DNA from: Octopus vulgaris | Lineage: Eukaryota | Direction of reading: 5' to 3' | DNA length: 64,000 bases | Assembly: GCA_951406725.2 (NCBI GenBank) | Contig: OX597817.1 | Coordinates: 49,600,001 to 49,664,000, forward strand | Shown here: piece by piece, positions 54,762 through 64,000 of the stretch | Position numbering within the stretch: position 1 is the stretch's first letter | Layout: the number at the start of each line of letters is the position of its first letter | Translations under genes and position numbers: made by a program | Notes under the pieces: model-generated | The model's input: only the letters and a program-made list of their open reading frames with translations | Databases searched by the model: none | Told to the model about the DNA's origin: nothing

Positions 54762-55854
54762 AATTCTCTGAATGCTGCTATTTAACACCAGGTCAGCTTT
54801 CATTAAAAAACAAACCCTTCATCAAAGGTGTTCCTGTTATGTTCTTAACCTTCACCTTACTGCTGAGTTTCTAGCATTTGAGATCTCTGAGTTCAGTTGT
54901 TTTACATTTTTGAATCATTAGACAAAAGATTACCCACATTATCTAATTTATCTTTGCCATATTTATAATGGCAGGGTGTACTTTAGAGGTAACTTGACTA
55001 TTATTTCTAGAAGCTCAAACAATTGCATAGAAGACCCTCCCATTCCTTGTCAATGCCATTGTCTCTCCTTTAGTATTTCTTATTCAACTACTTAAGGTGG
55101 CGAGCTGGCAGAATCGTTAGCACGCCGAGCAAAATGCTTAGCAGCATTTCATCTGCCGCTACGTTCTGAGTTCAAATTCCGCCGAGGTCGACTTTGCCGT
55201 TCATCCTCTCAGGGTCGATTAAATAAGTACCAGTTACACACTGGGGTCGATATAATCAACTTAATCCATTTGTCTGTCCTTGTTTGTCCCCTCTGTGCTT
55301 AGCTCCTTGTTGGTAGTAAAGAAATAGGTATTTCTTATTCAACCACTTGACTTTGTAATAGCCCATCATCATATCTTTATCATTCTCATCTAATGTCCAC
55401 TTTACGATGCTTGCATGGGTCAGACAATTTGTTCGAACTGACTTTCTACAGCTGGATGTCTTTGCTGTTGCCAACCTTCACCTGTTTCCAAGTAAGTTAA
55501 AATTACCCCATGGCCAGACATGTTTTCGCAGAAGCCTAGAAATGAACAACCTCACTTATATGATAGTGATGCTCATTTACAACCATCACATGATATCTAG
55601 ACAAGGATACACCCACACACACACACACATATCTATATTCTTTATCTTTTATTTGTTTCAGTCATTAGACTGTGGCCATGCTGGGGCACTGCCTTGAGGA
55701 ATTTTAGTTGAGTGAATCAACCCCCAGTCTTTTTTTTAAAGCCCAGTACTTATTCTCTCGGTCTCTTCTGCTGCTCTGCTAAGTTACGGGAATGTAAAGA
55801 CACCAACTGCAGTTGTCAAGTGGTGATGGGGGGACAAACACAGTCACAAACATG

Positions 55855-55913
<59 letters not shown>

Positions 55914-57328
55914 CAGCATGGAATTTTGTCAGTGTACAGGTTGCAGTCTCAAAGCGGCAAAAGTATTTTGGCAAAATAAATATAAATATTGAAGTGAATC
56001 TAACGATTTTTGTGTGTTTTTAAATAGCTCATAAACACCTTCCACACTGCAATTATATATATATATATATTGGCCTGCTCGCTTAGCCAGCGGGGTGGCG
56101 TCATTCGAAGGCTAAAACAATGCGAACGCATTGTGACCAGCGATATGTAACAATGTCTGATGGTCTGGTTGGTCATGTGATCACGTGAAAAAGCACCCAA
56201 TACACTCACGGAGTGGTTGGAGTTAGGAAGGGCATCCAGCTGTAGAAACACTGCCAGATCAGACTGGAGCCTGGTGCAGCCTCCTGGTTTCCCAGACCCC
56301 AGTTGAACCGTCCAACCCATGCCAGCATGGAAAGCGGACGTTAAATGATGATGATGATATATATATATATATATACACACATGTGTGTATGTATACAACC
56401 AGCTTCTTTTCAGTTTCCGTCTTCAAAATGCACTCACAAGACTTTAGTCAACATAAGGCTAAAGCAGAAGACACTTGCCCAAGGTGCCATATAGAAGGAC
56501 TGAACCAGAATCCATGTGGTTGGGAAGCAAACTTCACACCACAAAGCCACTCCTGTATATATGTATGTATGTATGTATACATACACACACGATGGGCTTC
56601 TTTCCTTTTTCCATCTGCCAAATCCACTCACAACATTTTAGTTGGTTTGGAGCAATATTAGAAGACACTTGCCCAATATAGGATTGAACCTAAACCCACA
56701 TAGTTAGGAAACAAGCTTTCTAAATAACAAACTCATAATGCCTCCACCTTCTACTTTTCTTTTCCCTTCTTTTGTTTTCTGTTTTTTTTTGTGTAATGTT
56801 CACAAATTAGTAGTGGTGGTCGTAGCAGTGGTAATGGCTATGGTGACCCTATATGATGTAACTCTTTGATTCTGTGCTAATGTCTAATTAATTTTCCTTC
56901 TGAAATGCAAAGCAACAACTTTTCATTATCTAGACTATCATAACAAGGTCAAAGTGTCACCCACTAATACCATTAATGGCTTTGTATAACACTGTCATTA
57001 TTTTACCTTTCTTTCTAATCAATAACGGTAGATAACTAATGTTACAAGGATAAATTTTATCAAATTTATCATTTATCATCAAAACTGAGAGCTCATGGTA
57101 CTGGCCTAAGCTTAGTACCGGCAATGCCTCAGAAAGGGTAGGTTTACCACATTTTGTTTGTTTAGAGATTGTCAAAACCTTTTTCATTTTTTTTTTTCTA
57201 TTTTACATTCGCATGCATGTCTGTGTATATATTATCCATATATACGTATCTGTATACATGCATGTATTCAAGGCAGGAAATTCTAAACATCCCTACAACT
57301 TTATATGATATGACTAATATATGAACAT

Positions 57329-57329
<1 letters not shown>

Positions 57330-57369
<40 letters not shown>

Positions 57370-57420
57370 ACATATATGAGTGTATATAGATATATATATA
57401 TGTATACATATATGTATGTA

Positions 57421-57455
<35 letters not shown>

Positions 57456-58968
57456 GTATATATGTATGTATATAGGTATATATGTATGTATATATGTATG
57501 TATATATGTATGTATATATGTATGTATATATGTATGTATATATGTATGTATGTATATATGTATGTATATATGTATGTATATATGTATGTATGTATATATG
57601 TATGTATGTATATATGTATGTATATATGTATGTATGTATATATGTATGTATATATGTATGTATATATGTATGCATATATATATGTATTTATATATATGTA
57701 TATATGTATGTATATATATGCATGTATGTATATATATGCATGTATATATATATATGCATGCATGTATATATATATATGCATGTGTATATATATGCATGTG
57801 TATATATATATATGCATGCATGTATATATATATATATGCATGTATATATATATATGCATGTATATATATATATATGCATGCATGTATATATATATATGCA
57901 TGTGTATATATATATATGCATGTGTATATATATGCATGTGTATATATATATATGCATGCATGTATATATATATATATGCATGTATATATATATATGCATG
58001 TATATATATATATGCATGTATATATATATATATGCATGCATGTATATATATATATGCATGTATATATATATATATATGCATGCATGTATATATATATATA
58101 TATGCATGCATGTATATATATATATATATGCATGCATGTATATATATATATATATATATGCATGTATATATATATATATATATATATATATGCATGTATA
58201 GATGTGCTTGTATAGATGTGCATGTAAAGATGTATATGTATATGTGTATATATATATACGTGTATGTATATATATGTGTGTGAGTATATATATATGTGTG
58301 TGTGTATATATATATATGTGTATATATATATGAATATATGTGTATATATATATATGTATATATGTGTATATATATATGTGTGTATATATATATATGTATA
58401 TATGTGTATATATATATGTGTGTATATATATGTGTGTGTATGTATATATATATGTGTGTGTGTATGTATATATATATATGTGTATATATATATGTGTGTG
58501 TGTATATATATATATAAATGTGTATATATATATATATGTGTGTGTATATATATAAATAAATGTGTATATATATATATAAATGTGTATATATATATATGTG
58601 TGTGTATATATGTGTATATATATATATATATATGTGTGTGTATATATGTGTATATATATATATGTATATATGTGTATATATATATATGTATATATGTGTA
58701 TATATATATATGTGTGTGTATATATGTGTATATATATATATGTGTGTGTATATATGTGTATATATATATGTGTATATATATATGTGTGTATATATATATG
58801 TATATATATATATATATGTGTGTATATATATATGTATATATATATGTGTGTATATATATATGTGTGTATATATGTGTGTATATATATATGTGTGTATATA
58901 TGTGTGTATATATATATGTGTGTATATATATATATGTATATATATATGTGTGTATATATATATGTGTG

Positions 58969-59000
<32 letters not shown>

Positions 59001-59040
59001 TATATGTGTGTATATATATGTGTGTATATATATATGTGTG

Positions 59041-59087
<47 letters not shown>

Positions 59088-60092
59088 ATATATATGTGTG
59101 CATATATGTATGTGTGTATATATATATATATGTGTATATATGTATGTGTGTGTATATATGTATGTGTGTGTATATATGTATGTGTGTATATATATATATG
59201 TGTGTGTATATATGTATGTGTGTATATATATATATGTGTGTATATATGTATGTGTGTATATATATATATATATGTGTGTATATATGTATGTGTGTATATA
59301 TATGTGTGTGTGTATATATATATATATGTGTGTATATATATATGTCTATATATATATGTGTGTATATATATATGTCTCTATATATATATATGTCTATATA
59401 TATATATATATGTCTGTATGTGTGTGTGTATATATATATATGTCTGTATGTGTGTGTATATATATATATGTGTGTGTATGTGTGTGTGTGTATATATGTC
59501 TATATATATGTGTGTGTGTATATATAGATATATGCGTATATATCTATATGTGTATATATATATGTGTGTGTATATATATATGTGTGTGTATATATATATA
59601 TGTGTGTGTATATATATATATGTGTGTGTATATATATATGTGTGTGTGTATATATATATGTGTGTGTATATATATATATGTGTGTGTATATATATATATA
59701 TATGTGTATATATATATGTGTGTGTGTATATATATATGTGTATATATATGTGTGTGTGTATATATATATGTGTATATATATATATATGTGTATATATATA
59801 TGTGTGTGTATATATATATGTGTGTGTATATATATATGTGTGTGTATATATGTGTGTGTATATATATATGTGTGTGTATATATATATGTGTATATATATA
59901 TGTGTGTGTATATATATATGTGTATATATATATGTGTGTGTATATATATATATGTGTATGTATATATATATATGTGTATGTATATATATATATGTGTATG
60001 CATATATATATATGTGTATGTGTGTATGCATATATATATATGTGTATGTGTATATATATATATATATATGTATGTATATATATATGTATATA
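57330..60092. repeat. ~2.76-kb compound alternating purine-pyrimidine microsatellite
   Basis: Successive TATG-, TGCA- and TGTG-interrupted (TA)n domains. Confidence 0.97.
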
Positions 60093-60093
60093 C

Positions 60094-61160
60094 CTCCAGT
60101 GATACGCAAATAGTGAGCAGTGTTCCGCAAGGTACTGTTTTGGGACCACTACTGTTCATAATGGCCCTTTCAGACATGCCCTCAGCCACACAGCGAGCCA
60201 CAATCACAAGTTATGCAGATGATACATAAGTTTCACAGGTAATACAGAACCCTGAAGGTGCTATGCACCTGCAATGTGAGCTGGACAAAATATTCAAGTG
60301 AGCTGAAAAGAATGGCATGCAGTTCAATTCTGAAATGTTTCAAGCTTTATGCTATCAGCATGCAAAGCTAAATGCAATACCCAATAAATACACTGGACCT
60401 GGAGGGATTGCAAGACCTGGGCAATGATGCAACCTTTCATGTGCATGTTGCTAAATTGGCAATGAAATGTAGATGGCTGACCGGATGGATTCTTAGAACA
60501 AGAGACCAGGAAACCATGATTGTCCTCTGGAGGACACTTGTCCTAAGCCACTTTTACTATCGCTCTCAGCTATGGTCACCAACCAGTGTCAAATTAATCT
60601 CAGAACTTGAGGCAATCCAAAGAAGCTACACAAAGGAGATGGCCTCTATGCAGCATAAAAGCTATTGGGAAAGATTCAAGACATTAAGACTCTATTCCTT
60701 AGAGTATAGGCGAGAAAGATATGCCATAATATATATCTGGAAGATCCTGGAAGGACTTGTCCAAAACTTTGGCATCGAGAGTTACACAAATACTAGAACT
60801 GGGCGCCACTGCATAGTTCCAAGGACACCAACTTTACCATCAAGATGTAGGACAAGGTACTGCAATAGCCTAAGCTTCAGAGGTCCACAACTCTTCAATA
60901 TCCTCTCAAAGGACCTGAGAGACCTGCATGTGGTGGATATAGGTGTCTTCAAAATGAAGCTGGACCTCTTCCTGTCAGGTGTCCAAAGATGAACCAACTT
61001 CATGGCAGGAGGTGCAGATGAGGGCAGCTGCATCAAATTCTCTCATGTACCAAATGTCAATTGCTAAAAAGCATTCGTGAAATATATTTATGTAGCAACA
61101 ACAAATGGCAGTGCCCCAGCATGGCCACAGCTCATGAGCTGAAACTAGATGAAAAAATAA
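60094..61160 (+). pseudogene. 5'-truncated, decayed CR1-type LINE (RT C-terminal half plus tail)
   Basis: SSVPQGTVLGPLLF, SYADDT*, LRLYSLEYRRERYAIIYIWKILEG; tail gtgccccagcatggccacagctcatgagctgaaac. Confidence 0.9.
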
Positions 61161-61164
61161 AATG

Positions 61165-61214
<50 letters not shown>

Positions 61215-61310
61215 TATATATATATATGAATATATATATATATATATGAATATATATATATATATATGAATATATATATATATATATATGTATATGAATA
61301 AATATGTATA

Positions 61311-63286
61311 TTTAGAGAGGGCAGAGAGAGAAGCCAGGGCCATAGAGAATATTAAAACAAACCCTAAAGTCTTCTTTAAATTTGCGAAAGAAACCACCTT
61401 GGTACACTGCAAGATTGGCCCACTCTTTGATAAAAAGGGCTCTCTAACTGAGGACCCCCAAGAGATAAGTGAAATACTAAAGGAACAGTATAAAAGTGTG
61501 TTCACATCCCCTCTGAGGCACATGCAAATCACAAACCCAGAAGTTTTCTTTGATGCCACAACACTCCAAAACCAAACAACAACCATCGACCACATAGACA
61601 TAACAGAGAGGGATGTAATATCTGCCATAGAAGAAATGAGAATAAACTCAGCTGCTGGACCAGATGGATTCCCAGCAGTCCTCCTAAAAACATGCAGGCA
61701 TGCCCTAGCGGGACCACTGAAGAAGCTCTTCAGTGGTTCCTTGGCTAACGGTAAACTGCCCAGGGCGCTAAAAGAAGGCACCATATGCCCTATCCACAAA
61801 GGAGGGAGTAGAGCAGAGGCCAAAAACTACAGGCCAGTCTCCCTGACGTCACACATAAGTAAGGTCATGGAACGAATCGTCAGAAAAAAACTGATCACGT
61901 TCCTCGAAGAAACTAACCGTCTCACTGACACACAGCATGGCTTTCGCCCAGGAAGAAGCTGCCTTACGCAGCTGTTACAACACTACGACTGGGTACTGAA
62001 ACAACTACTGGATCGCTCACAGGTGGATGTGGTATATCTCGACTTTGCGAAGGCCTTTGACAAAGTCGACCACGGAGTGATATGTCACAAATTACTCAGA
62101 CTCGGCATAACAGGAAAAGTAGGTGAGTGGATACATGACTTCCTGAAGGACAGAAGCCAGATGGTAGCAGCCAATGGAGCCCTCTCGGGAAAGACACCAA
62201 TAGCAAGCGGGGTGCCACAGGGCACAGTCTTGGGACCCTTGCTGTTTTTGGTGGCGCTCTCTGACATGCCCTTGGTAGCACAAACAACATCCCTCACTAG
62301 CTATGCTGATGACACAAAGGTAGCACAGGCAATCAAAAACCCAGCTGATGCTGACCTTTTACAACAAGATCTGGATGCCATATACAAATGGGCAGAAGAC
62401 AACAACATGCAATTTAATGCTGGTAAATTTCAAGCCTTACAATATCAAGCTGTAAACACATATACATTACAACACAACTATACTGGTCCATGAGGGATCG
62501 AAATCCCAGTATCGAAATCAATACGGGACCTGGGGATAGACATGAGTGACGATGCATCTTTTTCTTCACACATCGCGAAGGTGGCGACAATGTGCAGACG
62601 ACTCACTGGCTGGATCCTGAGGACATTCCGGACAAGAGACTGCGAGACCATGTTGACACTATGGAGGACATTTGTCCTAAGCCACCTGGACTACTGCTCC
62701 CAACTGTGGTCACCGCATAGTGTCAAACTGACCACAGAGCTTGAGACAATCCAAAGACATTTCACCAAGAGGATTTCCACCATGAAAGAAAAGAACTATT
62801 GGGAGAGGCTTAGGGAACTCAATTTGTACTCCTTGGAACGAAGACGAGAGAGATATGCAGTGATATACATATGGAAAATCCTGGAGGGACTAGCACCAAA
62901 TTTTGGAATTGAGAGCTGTTCCAATCCCCGTACAGGACGTCACTGTGTGGTGCCAAAGGTCCCGTCTTCCACATCCAGGGTAAGGAGCAGATATTGTAAT
63001 AGCCTGGGGTTCAGGGGCCCTCAGCTGTTCAACAAACTGCCAAGAAAACTAAGAGATCTACATGATGCGGATGTGGACATTTTCAAAAAAATCTAGACAA
63101 GCTGCTTTCCGGGATCCCAGATGAACCCACTGCAAGGTACGAAGGTAACCTAAGGGCAGCAGCTACAAACTCTCTCTTAGATCAGTGGCCAGCCATGGCA
63201 AACTGGACTTAGAGAGGGTAGCAACAAGGGCGGTGCCCCAGCATGGCCTCACCCGGATGGCTGAAACAAGTAAAAGAGTAAAAGAA
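61311..63286 (+). mobile_element. 5'-truncated, young CR1-type LINE ORF2 (RT) with one nonsense codon and one frameshift
   Basis: [46 protein letters not shown]; TGA at 62491 in frame with the downstream ORF; A-run frameshift at ~63085-63091; restored stop 63210-63212; tail (gtaaaaga)2. Confidence 0.95.
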
Positions 63287-64000
63287 TATATATGTATATA
63301 TATGTATATGAATAAATATGTATATATATGTATATGAATAAATATGTATATATATGTATATGAATAAATATGTATATATATGTATATGAATAAATATGTA
63401 TATATATGTATATGAATAAATATGTATATATATGTATATGAATAAATATGTATATATATGTATATGAATAGATATGTATATATATGTATATATGTATATG
63501 TATATATGTATATATATGTATATGTATATATATGTATATGTATATATGTATATATATGTATATGTATATATATGTATATGTATATATGTATATATATGTA
63601 TATATGTATATGTATATATGTATATGTATATATATGTATATGTATATATATGTATATGTATATATATGTATATATGTATATGTATATATGTATATATGTA
63701 TATGTATATATGTATATGTATATATGTATATATATGTATATATGTATGTATATGTATATATATGTATATATGTATATGTATATATATGTATATATGTATA
63801 TATGTATATATGTATATATATGTATATATGTATATGTATATATATGTATATATGTATATGTATATATATGTATATATGTATATATATGTATATATGTATA
63901 TGTATATATATGTATATATATGTATATATATGTGTATATGTATATGTATATATATGTGTATATGTATATATATGTGTATATGTATATGTATATATATGTG
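63287..64000. repeat. 26-bp minisatellite (x7) grading into (TA/TATG)n
   Basis: gaata(a/g)atatg at 63310, 63336, 63362, 63388, 63414, 63440, 63466. Confidence 0.93.

Noticed and set aside
57198-60229. Long ORFs (up to 612 aa) of YI/VC/HT repeats, also at 17469-18195 and 42289-43269
   Set aside because: Translations of stop-free (TA)n/(TG)n microsatellites; no protein signal.
60975-61823. 282-aa minus-strand ORF
   Set aside because: Antisense shadow of the LINE ORF2 running into microsatellite.
62491-62493. In-frame TGA as programmed readthrough or selenocysteine
   Set aside because: The older homologous copy has GGA there; a point mutation is the simplest explanation.

Overview
Eukaryotic, AT-rich, repeat-saturated genomic DNA. 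The SINE/LINE repertoire and microsatellite density match what I know of octopod cephalopods (Octopus-like; inferred, not verified). Nearly all ORFs in the track are microsatellite or SINE artefacts. Coding-derived sequence is transposon remnants: CR1-type LINE RT (61311-63286 nearly intact; older copies 60094-61160 and 15006-15448), RTE LINEs (4640-5592 with an in-frame PHD-like finger; 23010-23300; 27535-28237), an R4/Dong-type endonuclease piece, two Tc1 and two mariner remnants, a Helitron, a Helentron-type HINE, a piggyBac-like MITE and a Penelope-like GIY-YIG 3' end. One plausible host first coding exon (50327-50445) lies in a TE-poor, CpG-retaining region. The most notable unexplained structure is a set of about 10 minimal hammerhead-ribozyme (HHR) motifs in short, often fold-back elements inserted into (TA)n. 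It includes a tRNA-headed, HHR-bearing SINE present as one TSD-flanked head-to-head palindrome (23804-24528), inserted about 20 bp downstream of a Penelope-like element's own HHR. It also includes a family with a recurrent CUGUNGA core variant. The dominant SINE shares a covarying 3' stem-loop tail with the CR1-type LINE. All calls were made by eye; no searches were run.
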